Below, piece after piece: positions 1 to 11,679 of a DNA stretch of 44,274 nt (positions are counted from its first letter, which is position 1; every line of letters starts with the position of its first letter). Under the pieces are notes generated by a model. It had not been told where the DNA came from, ran no database searches, and worked only from the letters and a program-made list of their open reading frames with translations. Origin of the DNA: Chiloscyllium plagiosum (taxonomy: Eukaryota); the NCBI RefSeq assembly GCF_004010195.1, contig NC_057714.1, positions 8,264,482 to 8,308,755 of the forward strand, given 5' to 3'. Position numbers and translations under genes: made by a program.

Positions 1-680
1 GGTTTGGGAGTCCTTAACCATGAGTATCAAAAAAATCCACGTCCAAATTCACTGGTTAATAAGGAATACAAATGGAATGTTGATATTTATTTCAAAGGAA
101 ATGTTGTGTAAAAGTAGAGTGGTTTTGCTAAGAATCTGTGATTCACTAGTCAGACCACAGCTGAAATACTGTGAAAAGTTTTGGGCCCCTGATCTAAGAA
201 AAGATAAATTGGCATTGAAGGCAGTTCAGAGAAGGTTTGCTAGGCTGGTACGAGGTATGGAGGGACTGTCTAATGAGGAGAGTTTGAGTAAATTGGATCT
301 ATACTCTTTGGAATATGGAAAATGAGAGGCAACCTTCTTAAAACATAGAAGATTCTTTGTGGACATGACAGGTATACACAGGTCATTTTTATGGAAAATT
401 CTAGGGCAAGAGGGTGTAATCTGGGAATAAGGGGTTGCATGTTTAGCACAGATGAATTTCTTCTCTGAGGGTGATGAATCTGTGGACAACTTTATCATAG
501 AGGGCTGTTGAGGCCAGGTCATTAAGTACAATCAGGACTGAGATCGACAGATCCTTAATCAGTAAGGGAATTAAGAGTTATGGGGAAAAAAGTAGGAAGT
601 AGAGTAGAGGATTATTAGGTCAGCCGTGACCTCATGAATGATGGAGCAGATTTGATGGGTTGAATAATCTACTTCAGCTT
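1..680 (+). mobile_element. CR1 LINE 3' fragment (ORF2 C-terminus plus 3' UTR), decayed
   Basis: ORF 20..325 contains LVRPQLKYCEKFWAPDLRKDKLALKAVQRRFARLV...LYSLE, the typical CR1 post-RT motif. The 3' UTR resembles the copies at 25040-26052 and 40500-40990. Confidence 0.88.
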
Positions 681-685
681 ATTTT

Positions 686-955
686 TTTAATATTCATTTG
701 TGTGTTATGGACATGACTGGCTGTCCAGCATTTGTGGCTTATGTCTAGGTGCCCTTGCGAGGATATTGGGGAGCTGTCTTCTTGAGCCACTGCAGTCCTT
801 CTGCTGAGAGCTTATCCACAATACCCTGTTGGAGGGAATTTCAGGGTTTTGACCCAGTGACAGTGAAGGAAAGGTGAAATAATTCTAAGTCAGGATCGGG
901 AGTGGCTTCGAGGGGAACATGCTGGTAGTGATGTTCCCATGTATCTGCCCTTATG
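686..955 (-). mobile_element. 3' end of a second LINE family (CR1/L2-like), decayed
   Basis: Clear similarity to 11177-11430 (shared gacccagtgacagtgaaggaaaggtga and flanks). Interspersed repeat whose other pieces in the window encode APE/RT-like remnants. Confidence 0.65.
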
Positions 956-1040
956 CTTAAAGATCTTAACATGCAGAAATTGTTAATCTGTACAGATAGC
1001 ATTTACAGGCTGCAAGAGATATTACTGAAGGAAAAGGCCT

Positions 1041-1068
1041 CTTTCTTTCTTTCTTTCTTTCTTTCTTA
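1041..1068. repeat. (TCTT)n microsatellite
   Basis: ctttctttctttctttctttctttctt seen directly. Confidence 0.9.
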
Positions 1069-1322
1069 GGAATTTTCAGAACTCCCAAGATCGTGGTGAA
1101 TGATGAGCTGAAAACCCCTCTGGTACAATTACTGTGCCGTGACCTAGTCTTTCAAAAAGAGAGAACGAGAATCTTTGGTTCCTTATTAATGAAAGACGTT
1201 GCCTGTGGAAAGAGATTGTCCTTTCCAATAGCTCCACGAATCAGAGCAGCACACAAGTTGTCTTTTGTTCTACTTTGACAGTTAATTCTGTTGTCCATAA
1301 TGGTAATCATAATGTGGAGGAG

Positions 1323-1470
1323 TTGAACTGGGGTGGGCAAAGTTTAAAAATCACACAACACCAGGTTATAGTCCAACAGGTTTATTTGGAAGCACTCACT
1401 TTTGGGGCGGTGCTCCTTCCACAGATAGCTGTGGAACAGGATCATAAGACACAGAATTTATAGCAAAAGG
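1323..1470. mobile_element. Interspersed repeat, probable Penelope-associated terminal repeat fragment
   Basis: Second copy at about 44010-44246 (shared aacaccaggttatagt.caacagg.ttattt and aagacacagaatttatagcaaaag). The family assignment is inference. Confidence 0.6.
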
Positions 1471-2400
1471 TGATAATGTCCTTCCTTCACATGGAGTACC
1501 CTTGTCTGCATGTCAAACTTCGATCACTGCAAATATTAAAGTGATACCACTATCCACATTGAAAAATTCCTGTCTTAGAAGCAATGAAGAAAGCTTTATC
1601 TCTTTGCCTACAGAATAATCTTCAGGATGTTTTTAATTTACTTCCCATGTCTTATATCTGTCCCCAGACCAGAAAGAGAATTTCACTTTCTTGTCTTCAT
1701 TTTAAAGAGGCTGTAACTACTTGAGTCTTGGAGTTCATCCTGAAATTAGCAGTTATTTCACTTCAATTGTTTTACCACTAATAAAATGACAAAGGAACGC
1801 ATACACCCTAAACCTCTGAGGAGACTGCAAATGCAGATCATGAGTGCAAGAGCCTTGTGGGGTTAAGGGAAGGGTGGTGAAATGAAATAAAATGTTAAAT
1901 GTTTACAATAAAAAGAGCTTGTGGGAGGGAGATATAGAAAAGAGGGAATTGTACCTTTTTTATTCTAACTATGTTAAGTATGAATGAAGAGTTAGGTCAT
2001 AGTGATGTCAGATACACTGAATGAGAGCCTGGATTGTAGGGCTGCAAGGACGATGTCCTTTCTTAGCATCATTTTTATATAGTTATGTTCTGTTGCTTTT
2101 CATTTGCAAGTGCAGATCCCACATTGCTACATTGTGGGCATTATAAGTGATCAAAATAGGATTTCTGTACATACTAAACCTGACTTTAAAACATAATGGT
2201 GCTTTCTATGACTGAATTTCTTCTCTGTTTGAGAGTAGGATTATTATGCCAGATTTCTAAATGTAGTAGTGTAAATCCAAAGCAAAACGTGTTGTATCGA
2301 ACAGTCGAATTTAATTGCCAGATCATTACCTTCACACTATCGTTCTGCAGTGGTGTGTTACATTTGACTGTTTTCACAAATGCAACACAACTGATTTGGA

Positions 2401-2640
2401 AGGAACTGGGAAAATGAAAAAACCTGACTCCCATGATGAAAGAGATTGTTTTTATCACTTGCAATTGAATGGGGTACTGGGCTAATGGTCGGATACTTGG
2501 TAGTGTGGATGAGCAGAGGGATCTTGGTGTCCATGTACACAGACCCCTGAAAGTTGCCACCCAGGTAAATAGGAACTGGGAAAATGAAAAAACCTGATTC
2601 CCATGATGAAAGAGATTGTTTTTATCACTTGCAATTGAAT
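2401..2640 (+). repeat. 70-bp direct duplication (2401-2470 / 2571-2640) flanking a 100-bp internal CR1 fragment (2471-2570)
   Basis: The two copies differ at 1 of 70 positions. The insert reads like CR1 ORF2 (GRILGSVDEQRDLGVHVHRPLKVATQV), homologous to 39115-39205. Confidence 0.92.
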
Positions 2641-3225
2641 TATAACATGAACATTGGAGTGTTATAATGACAGATTTCCTGAACACCCTATTAATATAAA
2701 ACAACTCTTACAATTAAACTTTTGTCATCATTATGCTGAAGTAACAATGATAATAGTGTGTATAATTGTTTTTGCATACAGTATGGTGTGTGCTCATTGA
2801 GTTTAAACTTTCGTTTTTCTCAATTTTAAATTCCATTTGGATTCCACCTCTCAAAATGCTTATCTTGATTCATTCAGTCTGCAGATGACCTTCATCTGGC
2901 CTCAAATGTTTGTGTATGTCATTGCTTTAGTTCCTAATTAGATTGCCCATACAATTCGCTAAATGGCTGTAACATGAAATATAACATGAAGAATTTCCCC
3001 CAAGTATTCCCCACTTTAGTGAAAATGTATAAAATGAATCATTTTAAATTAGAATTAGTAGTTCCACCTATGTTGTTGTATATCTTTTTTAAATATTCAG
3101 TTTTCAAATCCAAAAGAGCGAGTTATGTATCAACTAACTGAAATCACAATGTTTTTTTCATGAAGTTTTATTGTTAGTTGATGAAATTGACATAAATTTG
3201 ACATTTAAATATACTTCATTTGCAG

Positions 3226-3331
3226 ATGTTGAAATATTTATACTTGAAATATTAAAGGAAGAGAACCTGACTAAGAAGGCAAAAGAAAAGAAAGATGCAT
3301 TATTGAGAAAACTTAACAGTATTAAAACAAG
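3226..3331 (+). CDS. SKAP2: SKAP2 internal coding exon (probable exon 2, 106 nt), N-terminal dimerisation domain
   Basis: Acceptor ttcatttgcag at 3215-3225 and donor AG|gtaatt. Translates (D)VEIFILEILKEENLTKKAKEKKDALLRKLNSIKT(S), matching recalled human SKAP2 DVETFVADILKGENLSKKAKEKRESLIKKIKDVKS. Phase 1 start, phase 2 end. Confidence 0.93.
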
Positions 3332-3489
3332 GTAATTTTAAAAATGTTGGATATTTGTTTGCTGGTTTCAGATTGTTATATGTACTGAAGATGTACGGTG
3401 CACAAGAATTTGATAGTAATTGTTCCAATTAAATATAAAGACAAATTGATGAGAACAAGATTGATTCAGAACAGATCTAACAGGTCAAA

Positions 3490-3940
3490 GCTTGGCATTG
3501 GAGACGTTTTGACCATCCGTGGCAGGAGAATCGTAATGTGCATGCTCTGGAACTTTAGGTCTGATATAGTCCTCTACCATCTAGCTGAGGGACTGTGGGA
3601 AAGGAAGCGACTAGAGAAACTGTTCATTAGTTGGTAAAAGGTTGTGGTTATTGGAAACCAATCATCTCTGATCCAGGACATCACTGCAGGAGTTCCTCAG
3701 GTTAATTTCATAGGCCTAAGATTCTTTTATTGCTATGCTGATGACTTTCTGATCATTGAGGTTAAAACTGAGGATGTTCATTAATGATTGAACAATGTTC
3801 AATATCACTCACGTCTCAGACACTGAAGCATTTCATGGTAACTTTCAGGTTTGGACTGATGAACAGCAAGTAACATTCACTCCACACATGGCAATGACCA
3901 TATTCAACAGCATAGAATGTAAGCATTTTCTCTTATGCTA
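3490..3940 (+). mobile_element. Decayed LINE RT fragment in SKAP2 intron
   Basis: caggacatcactgcaggagttcctcagg...ataggcc reads QDITAGVPQ(GS)..GP, the RT GVPQGS motif, followed by a degenerate FADD region. Confidence 0.65.
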
Positions 3941-4066
3941 GGTATGACTCCACCAGTGAGGAAGTCAATTATTCTAGTCTTAAGTTATAAAAGAATGCTA
4001 AGCATTTATTACCAATGTACAAATAAGCTTGATTCTAGCTAATGTGTTTACTATTTTATTTTCCAG

Positions 4067-4092
4067 CTATCCTCAGGAGTTCCAGGCGAAAG
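4067..4092 (+). CDS. SKAP2: SKAP2 26-nt coding microexon (probable exon 3)
   Basis: Acceptor tattttattttccag, donor AG|gtacgt. Reads (S)YPQEFQAK(G) versus human IYLQEFQDKG. Phases 2 and 1 are compatible with both neighbouring exons. Confidence 0.92.
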
Positions 4093-4399
4093 GTACGTTT
4101 TTGATATCTATTTTAAAAAGGCTTTAACTTTGGAGTCAGTGAGCAGTTTGAAAAAATTCCTTATACTATCTTCTACTACTCATTGAAGTCTCACTGGCTT
4201 CTCGATTGATTTTTGTCTTCAACATAATGTAATTTCAAAATTGCGCATTAGCATTTAGGAGTGGAGTGATTCAAAATGTATATGATATAAAACAAGAATG
4301 AAAATATGCCATTTAAACCTTCATATGCAGATCACAAACAGTCTGCCCTCTAATTTACTCTAACTGTTCATTTAGGAGCTCTAAGGAAGAATACTGCAT

Positions 4400-5100
4400 G
4401 GATAGAAATAGTATACTAATTAAGTTATATATCTTTGGAAGGAACCTTAGGAAGTAAACAAGGAGCCTTAGGAAGTTTGATACAAACAACCTTAAGAATG
4501 AGGGGCACATTGGTAAGATTTTTTATAAAACGCATGTGAACTCCTAAATCTTATAAATAGTAAAACTCAGAACATAATTAAATAGGCAACGTTAACATAG
4601 ACCTAGTCAAATTATTGATCGAGCTGCAATTAAGTTGCGATCTTGTGCATTAGAGACAAGGCTACTTAGTGTACAAAAGAGATTTCGTAGGATGGTGCCA
4701 GACTTTAGTTGTGAAGTGACACTAGAGCAATTGAGAATCTTTCCATTGGACAGGAGAACTGAAGATCTGCTTTAAATCCTTCAAAAGTATATATCAGTAT
4801 GTGAAACATATGGAAAAACCAGTGGTTGGTGATTAAATAGTATTGATAGAATAAAGGGAGAATTAGAATTTGGTTTCTTCTAGAAGCAAAAAGTTATGAC
4901 ATGAAATACTCTATCCACAACTATGGTGACAACAGAATCCATTTTTTAAAAAAATAAAGTGTAAAATAATTGAGAAAGGAATTTCAATGGGCAAGGGGCA
5001 GAGAGATAATGTGGTACCAATGGATATTTCTTGGAGAATTGCTTGAGGTGTAATGTAAAAGATGACATACTTCTCCAGTGCTGTAAAATAGTGATTTATC
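4400..5100 (+). mobile_element. Old, highly diverged CR1 3' remnant
   Basis: gtacaaaagagatttcgtaggatggtgccag (VQKRFRRMVP) and ttttccattggacaggagaa (FSLE-RR-like) remnants. Confidence 0.5.
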
Positions 5101-5427
5101 GCGTTCCTAAAGAGAAAGTTCCATTATCTATAATTTTATCCATCCCCATTTCTGCAGCATTGAATCTTCTCCTGCTGGCCTGCGTGGAAAACAGTTCTTG
5201 ACCTCAGCTGTGCATGAAACAGTGCTTCATGCTGTTCTTCAGCATTAGTATCTGTGCTGTTCCTGTAATCTCCAATCTTAATGCATTTAATGTGTACTAT
5301 TGAGTTTTAAAAATGTGCAATATTTCTCTTGTAGTAAAGTACCTTGTCTAATGAAAAGTATTAATGAATGGCAGGAATTTTCAACCATCTGAACATTTGC
5401 TGTTTTGGGGAGGGGGAATAGGGTGTA

Positions 5428-5446
5428 GTTGCTCCCTCTGCTGGTC
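5428..5446 (-). promoter_or_regulatory. Candidate CTCF binding motif
   Basis: Minus strand reads GACCAGCAGAGGGAGCAAC, close to the CTCF core CCAGCAGRGGGCGC. Motif match only. Confidence 0.4.
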
Positions 5447-6112
5447 AAACCTTAACCTCATTTGAATTCTCAGACTTTACAATAGTTGAGTCAATCAATG
5501 GCTGTTGTAATTGGCTATTTCTGATGCACTATACTAAAATCAAAAAGGTATTTCTGTTTTACAGAAGTATTTATGTGACTATTAAGATATATATGGAGGT
5601 TGTGCAGTTAGAGATTTCCCTGAATTTTAATGCATTGTGATCTGTAACTGAAATGTTTTGGGAGTTGCAGTGTTTTATTGAGTAGTTAACTATATTAAAT
5701 GCTTTGTATTATCAGATGAATCATTGTTTTATTGTAATTAACTTTTATTAATGTCTTGTTCATTTAACAGTGGGAGAGAAAAGTAATGTAATGCAACTTG
5801 TTCTTGTTAACATCTTTAACTGACGTGCCACTGAGAACATTTCTTTCTAGTTCAGTCCAGTGCTCAATATGTTTGCCTTTTTTAAAATATACATTTTTAA
5901 AAACTGTGCTATTATGTGCAAATTATGCTAATACTAGGAATTATTTATTTTAATGATGATACGGAAATTTGTATTGCCCCCATTTTGTCCTTTTTTTTTA
6001 AATGCATCGTAAATCTAAAGATGGAATAGTACTGGTATCTAAAGCTTGCAATAGATTTTGTTGATCCTGGTAACAGCAGAATTGATTTTTTTCCCCAAGA
6101 TACCACTTGAGG

Positions 6113-6168
6113 AGGTCATGACCTTTATAGCCTGTGGCCACTGGTATGAGGGTCACAGCTTGAGGTCA
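6113..6168. promoter_or_regulatory. Candidate nuclear-receptor response element cluster (IR0 palindrome plus DR7)
   Basis: AGGTCATGACCT at 6113-6124. GGGTCA (6150-6155), 7-nt spacer, AGGTCA (6163-6168). Motif match only. Confidence 0.35.
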
Positions 6169-8199
6169 GCAAAAGCTTGTGTGAAACTACAGGAAGAGGT
6201 CTGTTATCTACCAGCTGTAGACACAGGATTGATCCTTAATAACTAGTATCTGTGTTTCTTGATAGGCTAAGAAGGTAATGACAATGCAGCAGTTTGATAG
6301 TTTAGCCAATCAGATTGATGAAGTGAGAACTGAGACTTGGTGTTTGTAGTTATTGCATTTGCTCAAACTGAATATATTCACCATGGGTGGAGTTGAAATT
6401 TGTGTCGGGGCAACTTTAAAAGACTGGTTTTAATTTATATAGTTGAGTGCAATTAGATATATGTTATTGGTAAGTTAAATTTGTCTTGGTGTAACTTTTG
6501 GTTAGCATTATCTTTGTTTACTCAACTATTCTGAGGCTTTTCATAGCATTTTATGAAAATTATTTTCATAATCCTGATTTATTGCTGATTTGAGGATTAC
6601 GTAGTACTAAAGGCTAGAATGTTTTGGCCGCCATATGTTGTACAAGTCAAAACATCACAATGACAACACAACCAAAGAGGTGGGTGAGGTTATTGTGAAC
6701 AAAAGTGTTATACAAAATAGTTCACAAAGTGTCAACACCTTCATTAGCTGGCAGCTCTAAAGAGATTTTATTGCATACTTAAATTCAGTAAATTTTAATT
6801 GAATATAGACACTTAAAGATTTTTCTTGAGGTTGAATAATGAATAAAATTAGACCTATTAAGTTAGATGAATGTAAGCATGCTAGTGAAAAATTGTCAAT
6901 TGGCTAGCTTAAGCAATTTATGACGAGTAAGGTCAAGTCATTATTATAAGCACAGAATGTAAGCATTGTTGGAGGATAAATGTTACAACATTAAAACTAG
7001 ATTGATTAATAGTTTGTTGGCTGTGTGCATAGCAACTACAATACTGACTCAGGCTTCTGTGACAGATTTTTGGCTGGAGTTGTGAGCTAAGGGTTTACAG
7101 CTCCACGTGGTTCAAAGTGATGACATCTTTTACAGCACCAGCATAAAACTGTTAAATGTAACAAAATGTCCACTCTAAGATAGACTCTTTTTAAAATTTA
7201 TTTTATGACCTAGGGTATTATATCTTACTTTATAAGGGATTAATAAAAATGTCTGTTTAAAAAATATGCCTTTCTTAGTTTGCGTTTTAAAAATATGATG
7301 AGACCTGTCATTTTTGCTGTATGCTGCATTCTGATATGTAATTTATAAATTGATATTGCTTCAAAATACAACTTGTTGATAGAATAAAATACAATAACCT
7401 GCCTATGAGGAATTTTCAGTTCTACTTAATTTTACATTTCTTTAAATAGAAAATGTTTTATATCTAGAATTTGCATTATCGGATTTAATTATTATAATAT
7501 TGTTGTATAAAGGTTTTAGGAAGTCATAATTCCAATTGCTTAGATAGAAGCTAATTCTATAAGCATACCCATTTCATGTATGAAGATGAGTGGTCAAGCT
7601 TCTCATTTATTTATATTCACAGTTTCACATTTTGCAGGACTATTGACAATTTTTTTCATAATGGAAAATGTGTTAAATCTAGTAGATAATTGTATCGTGT
7701 GATGCAATGTCCATTCATAGAACCTAGATTTGAATTCTATTGAGATTTATGAGATGAAGTTTCCACAGTTATTCATAAATTAACAATTTTTAATTGGCTT
7801 AATTCAGTTCAATTCTAATTACGTAATCTCACTAAAGGACCAAAAGAAGCATGCTGCAGAAATTACAAATGCAGCACTGGTACTGCAGAGACTAATTTTC
7901 TAAGAGAGTGCAACATATAATTTTTTTTATATATGTATCCAACTTATTACATGTACATTGCAATTAGTAGCTGATATTGTTTGAAAGTTCCTCAATTTTC
8001 ACATTCCTAACAAAAAGTTGAGGCAATCAAATATGTAAATTGAAGCTGTCTCTAAAGATTGTAGCTGTGTAATTTGTAGAACTTGATGTAACTTAGTAAA
8101 GATGTGATCAATGACTTGTTCCATTTTCTTCAACATAACTTAGCCTTTGCTCTGGTGTGAGGCTCTAATTACCTGTGGGCTCAAAGATCACTCTTTCCC

Positions 8200-8830
8200 T
8201 CAATTTGTTGACCTTGACATTCTTATAGACTCAACAGGAGACATTGCCAAAATTTCCCTGTATTGCAGCATTCCAGTTGGGCAGAGACCATCAATCACAA
8301 ATGTGGATAGTTGTCTTCACTGGAGCAGGTTTAAAAGGCACTGGGGCAAACCATTGTCAGTGCATCTAATTGATTCTGTGAGCCTACGATATCAACTGGG
8401 GAGTCACAGGAACTCTAATGGCTTCCCATTCATACATGTACAGTTACTGTGTGATCCTGCCTAGACCTTCGTTACTTAATGTATACCATCCATGCAGTAA
8501 CCAATATGCAACTGTCCTGCAGCAGTTGACTCTATACCCAATATTCGAAGCTCCTCACAGAAGCACAAGCTGTCTGCTTGTGGACAAGAACTAACACACA
8601 CTTAGATATTGGTGATAGCCCCTTTTGCTATCTCAACATGTGGGCAAACCAAGCCTGTAATGACAAAACTGCTTGGAATATCATTGAGCACACATTTGTC
8701 CTACTGAAACAATGGTTTCACTGCCTTACCACACTCAGTGGGACAAGGTGCACTGCAGTGCACGCCAGAGCACTTCTCTGAATTTATCCTGGTTTGCCAC
8801 ATCTTCTGTGACCTCCATTATGACAGCATA
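8200..8830 (+). mobile_element. Fossil PIF/Harbinger transposase (HARBI1-like DDE), pseudogenised
   Basis: Fragments RNSNGFPFIHVQLLCDP (cf. NRKGFHSINVQxxCD), IGDSPF (cf. LGDSGY) and NIIEHTFVLLKQWFHCL (cf. NIIERTFGLLKxRFRCL) occur in the right order, with stops and frameshifts. Confidence 0.85.
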
Positions 8831-10019
8831 GCATTACTTTAAGGGATTTGAAGTCTAAACGTGGAAGGCGGACCTTGCTATTGTGTCATCAGTCTGGTTT
8901 GGCTGGTTCTGACGCAGTACAGCTGAGTGGCAGTGGGGAGAGAAGAATGCTGCTATGCTAAGAGACAACATATTTTGCATTAGGACACTGCCACTTGTCT
9001 CACATTTACAATCTGAGCAATCTCCTCCATACCCCACTGTATCACTTGCTTGAAATTTATATCTCTAGACTTTTTACCATCTGATGGAAACAGTTTTTCT
9101 TGTCCATATTACCTAAACCTGTCATAATCCCTCCACCTTTAAACTAACCTCAATGTTAAAGTCCCACCTTGGGATTCCAAGGGATTCCAAACTCTGCGCA
9201 ATTCAACTTTCCATCTTGGAGCTGGATTCCTCAGTGCTTTCTGATAGCTACAGTATGCTCTGTGACTCTTTCCATTTGGACTACCTGCAGCCCAAATGCT
9301 GCTGGTGATGCATCACAAATTCCAACTTAGTACTGGCCTCTGAAGTACAAGTACTGCTACTGTAGGTGTCCGATCAATGGACAATGCTTTCTCATCATTG
9401 CTATGTAGTTGCTCTTTCTTTTTGTCAGTATGCTGTGGTTATCTACTTGGGAGTTCTTAGCTACCTGAAAGCTTTAAAGCAAAAGGAAAAGATCAGATTA
9501 AGGAATGGGCATGGAATTCAAAGTGAGCAGGTTTTCGGTCACACCTTTTGCACTCTTTGTGCCATATCTCAGAAAGGATAAAGAGGTAGGTGAGAGGATT
9601 TTAAGGCAGTAACATCATTTCTCTTTGGTTTTGACAGCCTGGGATACTGCTTACACTGTTGCAGTGCACTATGACTTGGTGTATCAACTGCTCTATTGAA
9701 TTCAATTGATGGGTTAAGATCGCACTCTGACCCCATTCCTGACTCTTCCTCCTGTTTATGAATGATCTTGTTCTGCTGGAGAGAAAACAGAATGCCATTG
9801 GTTGTGTAATGCTTTGTTTGGGTCATGTGCTTGTCATAGTTAAATGTCTATTGGTATGAGCCTAGCATTGGTGCGATTGAGTGAGGTGGAGTATTTGAAT
9901 CTTAAGTGAGAGTTCTGGGTTCTGTTGAGTGAGTGATGAGAAATGGTGCATTGAACAGTGTGAGAGGATGGTAATTTTAACGGTATGCACGATGGTGATA
10001 TGTGGATGCGTTTGCTGAT

Positions 10020-10180
10020 GATCACCATGATGTAAAGTTTTGAAATTACTTCTGGCACTGTTGCCAGGTCTTTGAGGGCCAGATTTCTGGCAGTAATGTC
10101 GATTGCTACCTGTTTCCATTTCCTTTAGGGTGTAATCTGAGGGCCTCTCCACTACTTGCAGAAGCATTGCCACCCTTCTT
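10020..10180 (-). mobile_element. Fossil Harbinger Myb/SANT-like DNA-binding gene fragment
   Basis: Minus strand gives MLLQVVER...KWKQVAIDITARNLA / KTWQQCQK*FQN across frameshifts, the W-x-x-VA...TWxQCxKKFxN trihelix pattern. It is convergent with the transposase, as in vertebrate Harbingers. Confidence 0.7.
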
Positions 10181-10699
10181 TATGTGATGTCTATCTTCAA
10201 CAGGCAGGTTGTGAATCATAACCTCACGTAATTTTTAGTCCCTGAGTCTTTTCAATAAGAAAGGAGTATATTTACATCCAAGTGGTGTTTACAATTGGTT
10301 AGAGGTGGGTCTTGGTTCTCTTACTCACTTTTTTTTTGCAGAGTTATCCCATGTAGTATTAAGGAAAAGTAATTCTTGATTTCATCATCCATCAAGCATC
10401 TCATGGATGAGCCTGTGAGAATAATCATTCCATCTGCTATTTTTTCACTTACCATAGAAGAATCTTACTTGGGTAGTGTTATATTTTTTTTAGTTGAATG
10501 TTAGACTAATCTAGAATTTGTCCATAAGCCAACAGAAATTTGTTTTCTATTAAATTAGTTAAAACATTGCAGGTCTTTTGAATTTTCATTTTATTTGTTA
10601 GAATGGGAGTATTTAAACAGGAAATGTGATCTGGTACTATTGAGGACCAGATAAAGTGGGAAGGAATTCAGGCAATAGTTCCTGTCCCCTAACTTTTGA

Positions 10700-11585
10700 G
10701 ATCTGAGCTTCATTGGCAAAGCTAGCATTTATTGTCCATCTCTAATTGCCATTGGGAAACTGGTGGTGAGCCTCGTTCTAGGTACTAGTGTCTGGGGTTA
10801 GAAAGTTCTGTCAAAGGAATTTCTGCAAATTTTTGCAGGGTATCTTATAGATGATGCATACTGCTGCCATTGTGGACTGATAGTGGTGAGAGTGAATGCT
10901 TATGATGATGGGTGGATTGTCAGTCATGTGGTGTTCTTTATCATGGATGGTAATAAGTTTCAAGTGTTTTTGAAGATGCAGCCATCAAGAAAAGTAGAGT
11001 GTATTTTATGATACTCCTGATTTGTGACTTGCAGATGGGAGATATCAAATGCTGCCCAATTGTGAAATCACATCTAATAGCTGTTTGTTTTATGTTCTGT
11101 GAGCAAGGGTTTGTTGAGTACAAAGTACTCTGCTTGTTATGAATGACTAAAAGAACATGCTGATTGAATTTTTTTCCTTTATTCATTCATGGGGCATTTG
11201 CGCTGTTGACTGGCCAGCTTATACTACCCACCCCTAGTGCTCTACGAAAGGTGGTGGTGAGCTGCCTTCCTGAACTGAGGCAGTCCATCTACTGTTGGTA
11301 GACCCACAATGCAATTAGGGAGGGAATTCCAGGATTTTGACCCAGTGACAGTGAAGGAAAGGTGAGGATAGAATAGTGAGTTACTTGGAGGGGAACTCTA
11401 AGGTGGTGGTGTTCATGTGTATCTGCTGTCCTTGTCCTTCTAGATGGAAATTGTCATAGGTTTGGAAGGTGCTGTCTTAGGACATTTGGCAGATTTCTGC
11501 TGTGTGTCTTTTGGATGTTGACATCAGTGCTGGAGTGATTTGGAGATTTGTGGATATGGTGGGAATTAAGTGGGTTGCTTGCTGA
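10700..11585 (-). mobile_element. Two 3' fragments of the CR1/L2-like LINE family (about 10700-11035 and 11177-11585) with a Penelope-like scrap between them
   Basis: Similar to 686-955 and to each other (agcatttattgtccatctctaattgcc / ggtggtggtgagc). About 11035-11160 (-) encodes TAIRCDFTIGQHLI, resembling the SAIGQHL segment of Penelope GIY-YIG regions. Confidence 0.6.
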
Positions 11586-11679
11586 TATATATGGCTTATA
11601 TATCTGAATGCTCATGAGCATTAAAATTCATACACACCACTGTTTAGTTGAGTGGTAGGCAGAAAGTGCTGTATGTTTT

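Noticed and set aside
1069-1278. Possible extra exon or 61-aa ORF after the (TCTT)n tract ending in TAG
   Set aside because: The pyrimidine tract is a microsatellite. The peptide resembles nothing I recognise in SKAP2, and no convincing in-phase donor is present.
2186-2704. 172-aa minus-strand ORF with an internal repeat
   Set aside because: The repeat is caused by the 70-bp duplication and the middle is antisense CR1. No coding signature.
7695-7880. Possible ancient SINE remnant
   Set aside because: Only a faint B-box-like trace; too degenerate to support.
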